Origin: Leptospira biflexa
Lineage (GTDB): Bacteria > Spirochaetota > Leptospiria > Turneriellales > DYLW01
Assembly (NCBI GenBank): GCA_020720785.1
Contig: DYOA01000012.1
Location: 924 to 64,923 of the forward strand
Direction of reading: 5' to 3'
Length of the DNA: 64,000 nt
The notes under the pieces are model-generated. The model ran no database searches and was not told the origin of the DNA. It was given only the letters and a program-made list of their open reading frames with translations. The position numbers and the translations under genes are program-made. Below, piece by piece: positions 17,804 through 27,655 of this stretch. Within the stretch, counting starts at the first letter, position 1; every line of letters starts with the position of its first letter.

Positions 17804-18682
17804 TTGTTTCTCAAAGAAAAAATCTCTCGGGATATCCAGGGTGCCCTCAAGCGATGTGGAGAAAATCCGGGTATTCGGAGACAGTTCGAATACGATCCGG
17901 AGGAAGAAAAAATTCAGGATGGTTTTACAGAAGATCCGGTGGGGGACGCAAGTGCTTCCATACCCGGCTTGCCCTGCCTCATAAGAAAATATCCGGATCG
18001 GTTGCTGGTGTACCTGCATGATGACTGCCCGGTTTCCTGTCGTTTTTGTTTCCGCCGTCATATTAACATTATTCCCGCTCGCCAATGTGCTTTTACGGAT
18101 ATCCGGGCATATCTGGATGCCAATCCGGAGATACGGGAGGTGATTTTTTCCGGAGGGGATCCCTTTTATTTACCACTGGCTGATTGGTCATCCCTGGCGG
18201 AAGAATATTACCGGCTGGAAAAATTGCAGACCATTCGCTTCCATACCCGGACACTGACTACCTTTACCCGGGCATATACGGAAGATCTGTATTCTCTTTT
18301 CCGGAAGTGGAATGCATACGGGAAAGAAACGGTGATGGTTTTCCATATTAACCACCCCTGCGAAATCCGGGAGCCAATGGCGGAAATCCTGCATCGGCTG
18401 CGGGAGTCCGGTATCCTTCTCAAACACCAAATGGTGTTGCTCCGTGGGGTTAACGATGATGTTAAAATTTTACAGAAATTATTCCGGAAGACAGAGGAGA
18501 TGGGCATCTCTCCCTATTATATCCACCATTTGGATGCCGTGAAAGGAGCCCACCATTTTCATGTGCCCACGGATGAGGGCATATCTCTCATCCAGGATTT
18601 TTTCCGGAGCTATCCTTTTCTCCTGGCCAAACCCAGATATGTTCAGGATTCTCCGTCCGGAAAGCACAATCTGCTATGGTGA
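17804..18682 (+). CDS. KamA/EpmB-family radical SAM protein (lysine 2,3-aminomutase-like)
   Basis: RKYPDRLL, CPVSCRFCFRR, SGGDP, RFHTR, HINHP, VLLRGVND and PYYIHHLD motifs. Start uncertain: in-frame TTG at 17804 just after the upstream stop; the ORF track gives 17723. Confidence 0.85.
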   Translation: MFLKEKISRDIQGALKRCGENPGIRRQFEYDPEEEKIQDGFTEDPVGDASASIPGLPCLIRKYPDRLLVYLHDDCPVSCRFCFRRHINIIPARQCAFTDIRAYLDANPEIREVIFSGGDPFYLPLADWSSLAEEYYRLEKLQTIRFHTRTLTTFTRAYTEDLYSLFRKWNAYGKETVMVFHINHPCEIREPMAEILHRLRESGILLKHQMVLLRGVNDDVKILQKLFRKTEEMGISPYYIHHLDAVKGAHHFHVPTDEGISLIQDFFRSYPFLLAKPRYVQDSPSGKHNLLW

Positions 18683-20278
18683 TTTTTGATTCGCCAGAAA
18701 CGTTTTATAACTGTCAAATTCCGGATTTTTTAAAAAGGTCTCTATCTTTGCCTTTTCGAATTCTTTATCCGGAGAAGCGTTTATCCTGGCCCGGATTATT
18801 TTTTCCAGATACGGAAAATCCCCCACTTTAGCTGCGGATAACGACGCCTTTTGGAAGGAAGGAAATCCCATGCTGTCCTGGTAGATTTCCATCACTTTCC
18901 GGTGGTTATCCAAGCGGAAGTGTATCTGGATCATATCATCCGGTTTCAGCACTTTTTCGGATCCCGGATAAGTTTGTGCAATTTTCAGAACCATATCGTA
19001 TTTTTTCTGACGGTAGAAGAAATTGATGGGAAACCGTAAATCCCATGCCAGCCATTCATTCAAAAAAACGGATAAGCCGGTGGACTGGGTTGCATCCGGA
19101 TTTTCCCCGAACAGGGATTTCTGATAGAGCAGAGACGCTTTTTTTTCATGGGTTTTTCTTACCTCTGCTTTCTGTTCCTTCAACATCTGATGGTGTGCCA
19201 TTTTTGCTTCCAGAAACTGGATGGCAATTATCTCCTCCGGTGGTAGATTTTCCTTTTGGGGCAGGGTTAATTGTTTGCAAAGCGGAGGTATTTCCAGTGG
19301 CTCCTTGGAGTGAAGAGCCTGGGACACCGCAGAAAGACAGTATGTGACCGTCGCAATACGCGTTTTTTCCTCCGAATTCACCCGGTATCCCTCCAGTTCC
19401 ATGGCAGCGTGAGCATGAATTTTAGCACTCTGGATATTTCCCATACCATAATAAACCTGTGATATATTCAGGTGGGAGTAATAACGCAGTTGTTTCTGAT
19501 CCTTGGGGACATTATTGATTACGTCCCGCAGATATTCCAGAGCCTGAGGATAGTGATTTCTCCGCTTTTCAATAATCCCCAGTTTGTAATTGGTTTTATA
19601 AGATTCCCCTTGCTGGTGAATTTTGAGATAAATCTTATACGCGGATTCCCAATCTTCCAGTTTCTCATATAAAAATGCAATTCGCCAGTAATACGGAAAA
19701 TAGGATGAATTCAACCGGATGGCACTCTGGTAATTCCGGATGATGTCCGCCACTTCGGGCTTGTATTTCTGGTAATCCACCCCATCGGTAGCGGATAAAC
19801 GTTCATCCTCTTCCTTTGCTTTTTTGAGATATTCTCTGGATTTCAGGGTTTCCGGGGTAATGGATGCATTGGCTGAATCAATGATGTTTCTGACCGTGGA
19901 GTTATTGATCCCGTTTTTCTGCATCAGATACGCATATTCCAGGGCTTTTTCTGCGTTGCCGGCGTTTTTATAATACAGGACAATTTTCCATAACGCGGCC
20001 ACTTTATAGTCTCTCTTCAGCGGGCGGGCAACGGCTCTTTCAAAATAGGGGATGGAGGCCGCATATTCCCGTTTGGCATCCTTTATGCTACCCATGAAAA
20101 ACCAGGGCTCACCCTGGGTTTCCCCTGCGTCAATAGCCTTCTGGAAGTAGGAGAATGCAATGTCGTAATTTCCATGGGAGAAAGCATCTTCCCCCATGTA
20201 AGTGTATTTATGTTTTCCGTAGATACAGCCCGTTGCCACCAAAAAAAAGATGACTATACCACGCATATAATAATTCAT
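18674..20278 (-). CDS. Tetratricopeptide-repeat protein, possible lipoprotein
   Basis: Signal-like N-terminus ending ..VATGC and repeated TPR-like helices (A..YFQKAI, A..YFERAV, ALEYLRDV). ATG 20278 forms an ATGA overlap with the tolC-family stop. Confidence 0.75.
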   Translation of the reverse strand: MNYYMRGIVIFFLVATGCIYGKHKYTYMGEDAFSHGNYDIAFSYFQKAIDAGETQGEPWFFMGSIKDAKREYAASIPYFERAVARPLKRDYKVAALWKIVLYYKNAGNAEKALEYAYLMQKNGINNSTVRNIIDSANASITPETLKSREYLKKAKEEDERLSATDGVDYQKYKPEVADIIRNYQSAIRLNSSYFPYYWRIAFLYEKLEDWESAYKIYLKIHQQGESYKTNYKLGIIEKRRNHYPQALEYLRDVINNVPKDQKQLRYYSHLNISQVYYGMGNIQSAKIHAHAAMELEGYRVNSEEKTRIATVTYCLSAVSQALHSKEPLEIPPLCKQLTLPQKENLPPEEIIAIQFLEAKMAHHQMLKEQKAEVRKTHEKKASLLYQKSLFGENPDATQSTGLSVFLNEWLAWDLRFPINFFYRQKKYDMVLKIAQTYPGSEKVLKPDDMIQIHFRLDNHRKVMEIYQDSMGFPSFQKASLSAAKVGDFPYLEKIIRARINASPDKEFEKAKIETFLKNPEFDSYKTFLANQKSP

Positions 20279-21648
20279 TCCATTTCCTTCCATTTTGAGA
20301 GTGAAACCCTGTCTCCAATCACCGCCATCAGCTCGGCAATGGCCAGCAGATACTGGTATTCGGATTCATAGATATTCTTTTCGGACAGATAGTATGCGGC
20401 CATAGCTTCCATGGTATCTTCCCCGGAACCCGTACCGGTGGAAAAGGCAGACCATTCTGCCACAAACCATTTCCCCGCTTCCTTGTATTTATTTTGTTCA
20501 TTCTTCCATTTGTGGTAGGAATAATCCACATTGTTGTATGCCATCAGTATTTTCAGCGGAATTCCTGTGTCCGCTTCCCGTTTCTGGCTCTGGGCTTTCA
20601 GGTAAAGGGAATGGGCTTTCTTTTGCTCAGACTGTTGTTTCCCCCAGTCAAATTCCCACCGGGCACCCAGCACTACGGCCCCGGTCAATTCATTATATGG
20701 ATCTCGTGCATAAATGCTCTGCTGGTCTTCCCGGGCTTTTGTATGAGAATAGGAGCCCATCCCGCCAATGAATAAAACAGGGAGGGATTTTTTCTTCTCC
20801 AGCTCCAGGGAGTGTTTATAGGCTACTACTCCGGAAATGGCTGCCCGGTACTGGGGATTTGAGCCAAAACGGGAAAGCCAGCTTTCCAGATTTTCCAGCT
20901 CCATTTCCACATCCGGGAATTCCAGGTCAGCCACGTCATAACTGCGTCTTTCCCCCAGATAATGTCCAATGGCCCAGAGTGCGTTTGTCTTCTGGATGGA
21001 GACCTGGTAGGCCATGGTATCCAATTCATGGGAATACATCATTATCTTTGCCAGATCCTTTTTCTTTACATTTGTATCTCCGGCTTGGTAGCGTTCATTG
21101 GCGGAAGCAACGGCTTCTTCCATTTTCTTCCGGGCATCCGCCAGCAGGATTTCCAGTTTTTTCAGCAGGATCACGGAGAGATAGAGTTTTTTATACTCGT
21201 AGATATTTTCATTGATTGTTCCTTCTGTAAGACTCTTGCCTGCTTCCAGGCCGTGTTCGGCGGCATACCGGGCTTCCGTGGTGGCCCCAAAGGAGAACAC
21301 CGGCATGACCACAGTGATTTGTCCATAATACGCCGGACCCCAGCGGGAATAATCATTGCTGGAGGAAAGTGCATTGCCTTCCGTTTCATAAGTTGGTGCG
21401 ACAAAGGTGGTAATTCCCACACTGGGAACCCAGAGATTTTTTACTCTGTCCATATTGGCCTCAAAGCTGATGAGGGAAGCCTTTTCCCGGGCGATGGCGG
21501 CATTTGAGGAAAGGAGCTTTTTTAATCCTTCCTCAAAGGTGATAACCGTGGCGGGCTGGCCTTCCAGGAAACCCCCCGATAATAACAGTATGCAGATCGT
21601 GAGGATAAAATTACTTTTTCTTTTTAATCGTGCCATTTTCCAGATCAT
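20275..21648 (-). CDS. TolC-family outer-membrane efflux protein
   Basis: Signal peptide, two OEP-like repeats (WVPSVGI / SLPVLFIG beta segments followed by long helices), C-terminal 'YQYLLAIAELMAVIG'. Confidence 0.8.
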   Translation of the reverse strand: MIWKMARLKRKSNFILTICILLLSGGFLEGQPATVITFEEGLKKLLSSNAAIAREKASLISFEANMDRVKNLWVPSVGITTFVAPTYETEGNALSSSNDYSRWGPAYYGQITVVMPVFSFGATTEARYAAEHGLEAGKSLTEGTINENIYEYKKLYLSVILLKKLEILLADARKKMEEAVASANERYQAGDTNVKKKDLAKIMMYSHELDTMAYQVSIQKTNALWAIGHYLGERRSYDVADLEFPDVEMELENLESWLSRFGSNPQYRAAISGVVAYKHSLELEKKKSLPVLFIGGMGSYSHTKAREDQQSIYARDPYNELTGAVVLGARWEFDWGKQQSEQKKAHSLYLKAQSQKREADTGIPLKILMAYNNVDYSYHKWKNEQNKYKEAGKWFVAEWSAFSTGTGSGEDTMEAMAAYYLSEKNIYESEYQYLLAIAELMAVIGDRVSLSKWKEME

Positions 21649-22279
21649 TCACTTTCTCTGTTAATTTTTGGATAAGATAGTCCATCCCTTTTTTGGGATT
21701 GGAAATGGTTTGGTAAAAATAATTCCGGTAATCCAGGAGAGTGGATGCCCCATCAATCCGGACGTCATACAGATAAAACCGGTCATTCTTTGGGTAGAAA
21801 TAAAGATCCACTTTGTATTCGATTTTTTTGGAGATCATGCTTCCATGAACGATGGTGGCATCGATATTAAAGATTTTGTCTTTTCCATTGGATTCACGGT
21901 GGAGTTTTAACGGGTTTTTTTTCTCCAGGGTTGTCTTTTCCGGCAAATTGATTTTCAGGATGCTTTCTGTCATCAGCCGGCGATATAAATCACGAAAGCG
22001 TTCCATCTGCTTTTTGCTTTGCGGGGTTTTCTCGCTGTAATATTTCCCCAGAGCCATCCTGGAAATAACATCAAATTCCAGCATGTCCATCACGGAATTT
22101 CTTGCTTTCTCCATAACGACTTTTTTATTTTCTTCCGATGGATCTTCCGCCAGGGATTTCCGGTATTCTTCCAGTTCCGTTATTTTTCCCTGGGCAAATT
22201 CCAGCACTCCGGATTTTTCCTGGGAGTATATATTCAACGCAATTAGCACAGGCAGAAGCAGCAGAAATAATTTTTTCAT
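21611..22279 (-). CDS. mlaC: MlaC/Ttg2D-family periplasmic lipid-binding protein
   Basis: Signal peptide, 'FDVISRMALGKYY', 'RFRDLY' and 'YDVRIDGASTLLDYRNYF..I...GMDYLIQKL' match the MlaC pattern. Confidence 0.8.
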   Translation of the reverse strand: MKKLFLLLLPVLIALNIYSQEKSGVLEFAQGKITELEEYRKSLAEDPSEENKKVVMEKARNSVMDMLEFDVISRMALGKYYSEKTPQSKKQMERFRDLYRRLMTESILKINLPEKTTLEKKNPLKLHRESNGKDKIFNIDATIVHGSMISKKIEYKVDLYFYPKNDRFYLYDVRIDGASTLLDYRNYFYQTISNPKKGMDYLIQKLTEKVNDLENGTIKKKK

Positions 22280-22307
22280 AATGGGACAGTCCGGAGACGC
22301 TGTACAA

Positions 22308-23462
22308 TTACGGGTGAGGATGTAAAGGTTTTACACAGCGGAATCCTGCCCGGAAATCCCTGCTCAACGTGGGATATCCGCCGGGAATCCGGTTATAGGA
22401 ACGTGCCATATCCGCCGGAAGCAGAAAGGAGCCGCCTTTGAGTACTTTGTATTTTTTCCCAAAGTATGGGGATTTTGTTGTGTTCCCCTTATATGGCATA
22501 AGCCAACTGGACGTCCATTCCAGGGCGTTTCCGCAGGTTCCGGCCAGCCCATAGGGGCTGAAATCCTTCAATTCGGAAACGGGAAGGGGGGAGGATAATC
22601 CTTTTTCTGATGTGACACAGACGTCCGGAGAAAAACCGTTCCCCACAGGATAGGTTAGGGGATTCGGTACCAGGACTTTTTCTTCTTTTTCTGTCCAGTA
22701 TATTTCCAGACCGCTTCCTCTGGCAGCTTTTTCCCATTCCAATTCCGTGGGAAGACGTTTCCCCGCCCAATCGCAGTATGCCTCCGCCAGAGGATAGGAA
22801 ACCGCATATACCGGAATATCTTCTCTCAGGGATTCTTCTGACGCCTCATAGGAAGTTCCGCTTCTCCGGATAAAATCCCGGAATTGACCCATGGTGATTT
22901 CATATTTATCAATGTAAAATCCGGAAAGCTGGACATAAACCGGCGGTTTTTTCCCCATGCGACGGTATAGGTCTGCATTCAGATTCCGAACCGGCGGCAG
23001 ATAATGGAGACTTCCTTTGGTCTGGTCCCCCAGAATAAACGGGCCTTCCGGAATGAAAACCATCCGGGATGAATCCTTTGAATGGATAATTTCATCCGGA
23101 TATACCAGCTTGATTTCCCGTTTGTCCGGCAAATGGGATGTTTCCCGGGCAGGCTCCGGTACTGCTACGTCCAGACCTGCATAGATCCGTTTTTTCTGGC
23201 TCTGGATACGGGTACGGATGGTATACTGGTTTCTGTGAAAGCTTTTCTGGATAATGGACAATCCGGCAATGGACTTTTTCTCCGGATTCAGGATGTGCAG
23301 ATCCCCTTTATTGTCCTCGTATTTTTCCGGAAAATCAATCCGCACCACAACTTCCTGGGTAATCTGATTAACCTGGGTGACTTTCCCCACGATGATCCAT
23401 CCGGCCTCCAGGGATTGCCATTGGAAGAAACCCAAAACCGCCAGAATAAGGAAACGTCGCAT
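22308..23462 (-). CDS. Secreted FGE-sulfatase (SUMF1/EgtB/PvdO) domain protein
   Basis: Signal peptide, MVFIPEGPFILG, FYIDKYEIT, YCDWAGKRLPTELEWEKAARG, GNALEWT and GFRC motifs. Confidence 0.85.
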   Translation of the reverse strand: MRRFLILAVLGFFQWQSLEAGWIIVGKVTQVNQITQEVVVRIDFPEKYEDNKGDLHILNPEKKSIAGLSIIQKSFHRNQYTIRTRIQSQKKRIYAGLDVAVPEPARETSHLPDKREIKLVYPDEIIHSKDSSRMVFIPEGPFILGDQTKGSLHYLPPVRNLNADLYRRMGKKPPVYVQLSGFYIDKYEITMGQFRDFIRRSGTSYEASEESLREDIPVYAVSYPLAEAYCDWAGKRLPTELEWEKAARGSGLEIYWTEKEEKVLVPNPLTYPVGNGFSPDVCVTSEKGLSSPLPVSELKDFSPYGLAGTCGNALEWTSSWLMPYKGNTTKSPYFGKKYKVLKGGSFLLPADMARSYNRIPGGYPTLSRDFRAGFRCVKPLHPHP

Positions 23463-23470
23463 TGGTTTTA

Positions 23471-23689
23471 TTATCGGTATTTTATTAAAATATTCAACTT
23501 ATCCTGAAGAGTCAGATACCTCATATTTATGAAATGATAGATATCCTTTTTCTGGTGAAGGGAGTGTTCAGATAGTTTTGCACTCCATTTTTCCATATCC
23601 GGACGATGGATTTTTCCGGAAAAATAAAGATATCCCACGACACCGGACAGTGACATCAGGAAAACAGCCAGAATTATACCTTTTTTCAC
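23471..23689 (-). CDS. Small hypothetical protein with an N-terminal TM
   Basis: 72-aa ORF fills the gap in a co-directional run (1 nt from the upstream stop) and has a hydrophobic N-terminus. Confidence 0.55.
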   Translation of the reverse strand: MKKGIILAVFLMSLSGVVGYLYFSGKIHRPDMEKWSAKLSEHSLHQKKDIYHFINMRYLTLQDKLNILIKYR

Positions 23690-23690
23690 G

Positions 23691-24368
23691 TTAAAAACGG
23701 AACGTGTAGCCCAGCCTCACCATCCGGTTCTGGGCCACCATCTGCATATGGTATTTGGTCAGAAAGGCCAGCCGGTAGGTACCCATCAGGGTAGCCGTGG
23801 CAATGGCACCTTCCCCAAAAGGATCAAACTTGTGGGTGAAAAATGTGCCGGAACCAAACCAGAACAATAGGGCATCCACCCCAAAATGCACAATTGGAAT
23901 GAGCCATATATTTTCCCGGGCAAACGGGGATTTGGAATTGGCATATATATATCCCAACCCGGGAGATATCAATGTGGTAGCGTCCCCCAGTAAAAGGGAT
24001 TTCTCCCCATATTTGTGGGGATAATTGGTTATTTTTTCCTGTTGCTCAATCACATCGGCCAGTGCGAAACTCATCCGGTTGGGGGCGTCCACGCGGACCA
24101 CGGTATTTTTCTGGTCATAGCTGGAGATATAAATATCATAGGTGTATACGTTAAAAAAGGTGTTTGTCAGATAATAATCAAATCCTTCTGTGTCTTCCTT
24201 ATATTTAAAGGACGAGCCCAGTTTTTTTAACGAGCCCTCCACAATGGCCTTTGCCGCTTCCGGATTTTTATCTTTCAATTCAATGCTGGCCCCCATGGGA
24301 AAAATCCAGGAAGCCTGCAACATGATGGATAAAATGGCGGTAAAACGAGCACCTGCTTTAAAATACAT
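23691..24368 (-). CDS. Hypothetical exported/membrane protein
   Basis: 225-aa ORF with a signal-like N-terminus and C-terminal hydrophobic segments. First gene of the minus-strand run. Confidence 0.7.
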   Translation of the reverse strand: MYFKAGARFTAILSIMLQASWIFPMGASIELKDKNPEAAKAIVEGSLKKLGSSFKYKEDTEGFDYYLTNTFFNVYTYDIYISSYDQKNTVVRVDAPNRMSFALADVIEQQEKITNYPHKYGEKSLLLGDATTLISPGLGYIYANSKSPFARENIWLIPIVHFGVDALLFWFGSGTFFTHKFDPFGEGAIATATLMGTYRLAFLTKYHMQMVAQNRMVRLGYTFRF

Positions 24369-24610
24369 ACCGCCAGTATTTTATTTTATTCCGGGACAGC
24401 AAGGATTAAATGGAAAGGGATCATACCAGAAAATCAAAATCGCTATCCCGTGCTTTTTTTGGGGGGCGGGGATCGTGGCCGATATGAAATGTTTGACAAA
24501 GGAGAATATCTTGCTTTTTTATCTTTGATGCTAAGTATGGATAAAGAAGGGGATTTGGATATGAATAATTTTGGTAAAACTGAGTTTTTCAGAAAGAAGA
24601 AGGGGGGGGA

Positions 24611-27184
24611 ATGACCGTTAAAAAGAGAACAATTCAAATTGGATTTCTTGCCTTTTTCCTTTTGTCTGCCGGTCTGCTGACTCTTTTGAATTGTCATGTT
24701 TTCTCTCAAAAAAGAGATGCCTATTATTTTTTGTTGAAGGCTGAGATAAACACAGCGTACGGCGTGATTACCTCCTTTCATGCAGAAACTGCCCAGACTG
24801 TCTTTGACACATACATAAACAAGCCGGAGATTCTGGATCTGTACCAACATGCAAATTCAAAGGATGATGGTATCCGCAACGCCGTCCGCAAAACGTTGCT
24901 GGCAAAACTGGGCCCGCTCTATGAACGTCTGAAATTGCGGAACGTGCGGAGGCTCCAATTTCACCTTCCCAATAGCGAGAGTTTTCTTCGGTTTCACCGG
25001 CCGGACAAATACGGCGACAGTCTGAAAGGCGTACGCTATTCCGTGGAAAAAGCCAGTGCGGAGCGGATTGTGATCTCCGGCTTTGAAGAGGGACGGGTAT
25101 TCAGCGGCTTCAGAAATATCTTTCCCCTCATCCGTAAGGGCGAATTTCTGGGCAGTGTGGAAATCAGCATGGAATCTAAAGACATGGGCAGGCGGATGGA
25201 ACAACAGTTTCACAGACGATACGCCTTTGTGATTCGGCGGCAGCTTGTGGAAAAAAAGGTTTTTCCCGATGAGCAAAGCAACTACCGCCCCAGCGACCTT
25301 TCCGATGATTATCTGTACGAAAAAGATTATACCGCAAGCGATACGCTAAAAGCCATCAACACAGCCATAAAACCCAAAGTACAGGAGAAGCTCAAGGCCG
25401 GCGAAGGCTTTGTGGTCGAGGCGGGAGGATCTGACGTTGCTCATCTGGTGGTTTTTTATCCCGTTAAAAATGTTCAGGGCTCATTGTCGGCGTATATCGT
25501 CTCCTACAACGAAGACGCCACTATCCGTGGTTATTATGTGCAATGTATGCTCACGCTGGTGGTGTCCATCGCCGGTATGCTTATCATAACCGTTCTATTA
25601 TATCTTCTGGTAGTGGATATCTCTGACCGCAAGCGGGCTCAGGAAACACTGAAGGAAAAAGAACATTTCCTGCAAACCATATTTGATGGAATCCAAGACC
25701 CAATGCACGTGATTGACCGGGATTTTAAGGTGATGCTGACCAATAAAAAACTTCTGGAAATGAAAAATGTCAATCAGGAAGATATTCGTGGCCAATACTG
25801 CTACAAAGTCTACCAGGGACGAACTGAATTGTGTGAACAATGCGGAGCAAAAGAAGTCTTTCAAGCGGGAAAACCCGTGTCTCTGGTAAAAACTTTACCC
25901 TTGCCGGACGGAACTAATCGTTATTTTGAAGTTTATTCATTCCCTCTTTCTGGAGAAAACGGCGAGGTGGTCCAGGTCATCGAAATAACCCGTGACATTA
26001 CCCATCGGAAAAATGTGGAGCAGGATTTAATCCTTGCTTTAGAGAACGCAGAGGAAAGCAACCGCTTAAAAACGGCCTTCCTGAACAACATGAGCCATGA
26101 AATCCGCACTCCCATGAACGGGATACTGGGATTTACAGAACTTTTAAAAGAAGCCGACATCACCGGGGAAGAAATGCAGGAATATATTGAGATTATTGAA
26201 AAAAGTGGCCACAGGTTGCTCTCCACTATTAACGATATCATCGACATTTCCAGAATTGAAGCCGGCGAAGTAAAAATCACCAAAAAAGAAGTACACTTGA
26301 TTCAGATTCTTGAAGAACAATACCAATTCTTTCATCTTGAAGCGAAGGCAAAAGGAATTGAGCTGGTTTTAATTCCCGGCCTTCCAGATGAGGAAGCATG
26401 CTTGATCACTGACCAGCGTAAACTGGAGGGAATCCTGATAAATCTAATAAAAAATGCGATAAAATTTACTCATGAGGGCAGTATAACATTTGGCTATACA
26501 AAAAAGATGAAAAATGACGCTTCCGTAATGGAGTTTTTTATAAAAGATACGGGAATCGGGATACCGCAGAACAAGCTGCAGGCTGTTTTCCGCCGCTTTG
26601 AACAGGTCGATATTGGAGCAACTAAAAAATATGAGGGTTCCGGACTTGGGCTTGCCATTACCCAATCCTATGTGGAAATGTTAGGGGGAAGCATTGATGT
26701 AACCTCGGAAGAAGGGGTGGGTTCCACATTCACGTTTAGTCTCCCACTCTGCGACCGTCTGGAGGAAGGAGGAAATCCATCGGAAGGCATAGCGGAAAAA
26801 CCGCTGGTATCTTTCCAATATTTAAATGTAATTGTGGCGGAAGACGATGACGTCAGCCGGAGGCTTTTTAGAACTATCTTTCACGATGCATTCCGGAATA
26901 TTATCTGTACCAAAACCGGAAAAGAGGTGGTGGATCAACTCAGGGAAAACCCGGATACCGATGTCATCCTCATGGACATTCGAATGCCGGAAATGAGCGG
27001 ATATGATGCCACCCGTGAAATCCGGAAATTTAATGGGGATGTGATCATTATTGCCCAAACGGCCTTTGCATTATCAGAGAACCGCAAAGAGGCAATGGAC
27101 GCCGGATGCAACGATTTTATCACAAAGCCCATCAACAAAGATTTGTTATTCAGGAAGATAGAGCAGCATGTTTTCAAAAAATAG
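24611..27184 (+). CDS. Hybrid sensor histidine kinase (periplasmic Cache-type domain, PAS, HisKA, HATPase, receiver)
   Basis: TM-Cache-like-TM ('FLRFHRPDKYGDSL', 'GFEEGR'), PAS with CY...CE.C, H-box FLNNMSHEIRTPMNGI, N/G boxes (NAIKFT, DTGIGI, GSGLGL) and REC (AEDD, LMDIRMP, FITKP). Confidence 0.93.
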   Translation: MTVKKRTIQIGFLAFFLLSAGLLTLLNCHVFSQKRDAYYFLLKAEINTAYGVITSFHAETAQTVFDTYINKPEILDLYQHANSKDDGIRNAVRKTLLAKLGPLYERLKLRNVRRLQFHLPNSESFLRFHRPDKYGDSLKGVRYSVEKASAERIVISGFEEGRVFSGFRNIFPLIRKGEFLGSVEISMESKDMGRRMEQQFHRRYAFVIRRQLVEKKVFPDEQSNYRPSDLSDDYLYEKDYTASDTLKAINTAIKPKVQEKLKAGEGFVVEAGGSDVAHLVVFYPVKNVQGSLSAYIVSYNEDATIRGYYVQCMLTLVVSIAGMLIITVLLYLLVVDISDRKRAQETLKEKEHFLQTIFDGIQDPMHVIDRDFKVMLTNKKLLEMKNVNQEDIRGQYCYKVYQGRTELCEQCGAKEVFQAGKPVSLVKTLPLPDGTNRYFEVYSFPLSGENGEVVQVIEITRDITHRKNVEQDLILALENAEESNRLKTAFLNNMSHEIRTPMNGILGFTELLKEADITGEEMQEYIEIIEKSGHRLLSTINDIIDISRIEAGEVKITKKEVHLIQILEEQYQFFHLEAKAKGIELVLIPGLPDEEACLITDQRKLEGILINLIKNAIKFTHEGSITFGYTKKMKNDASVMEFFIKDTGIGIPQNKLQAVFRRFEQVDIGATKKYEGSGLGLAITQSYVEMLGGSIDVTSEEGVGSTFTFSLPLCDRLEEGGNPSEGIAEKPLVSFQYLNVIVAEDDDVSRRLFRTIFHDAFRNIICTKTGKEVVDQLRENPDTDVILMDIRMPEMSGYDATREIRKFNGDVIIIAQTAFALSENRKEAMDAGCNDFITKPINKDLLFRKIEQHVFKK

Positions 27185-27255
27185 GAAGGGGGGGAGCTCA
27201 TCGTAGCTGCTGCCCGGCATTCCCATTTCACCCGGTGGGTCGCCTCATCCGCTAT

Positions 27256-27527
27256 ATGAGCATTAATATTCTGGAAGCTACATCGGAAACGGGAAAACTG
27301 ATGGAAAGCATCATCCCCAACGTACAGAAAACTACGGAATATCTGGATACAATTGTCCGGGAATCATAGGAACAATCCGGGGAAATTGCCATTATTGCTT
27401 CTTCGGTGGAGCACCGTACAAGGTAACAGAGCAGAATGCCACCACTTCCGAAGAGCTGGCATCCGTTTCTGATGAATTTAAATCAGCAGCCCAGAATGTG
27501 AAGCAACGAATTCCTATTACAAGGTGA
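27256..27527 (+). pseudogene. Remnant of a methyl-accepting chemotaxis protein C-terminal signalling/methylation helix
   Basis: ..ETGKLMESIIPNVQKTTEYLDTIVRES*EQSGEI.. has an in-frame TAG at 27367-27369. After a frameshift near 27420 it reads KVTEQNATTSEELASVSDEF.., matching the MCP 'S.EQ...I......QVTQQNAA.SEEL' pattern. Confidence 0.75.
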
Positions 27528-27562
27528 ATAAAAATGAATAATTTTCTTATTCATTTTTATTC
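27526..27562. repeat. Perfect 16-bp AT-rich inverted repeat (terminator-, operator- or cruciform-like)
   Basis: GAATAAAAATGAATAA-ttttc-TTATTCATTTTTATTC, arms at 27526-27541 and 27547-27562. Confidence 0.8.
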
Positions 27563-27655
27563 TGTGGCTATTATTGGCCGATTTATTGTCGTATTTTTTT
27601 AAAAAAATACTGGACGACACAAATAATTACTGCTACATGGAATAAATATTATTCA

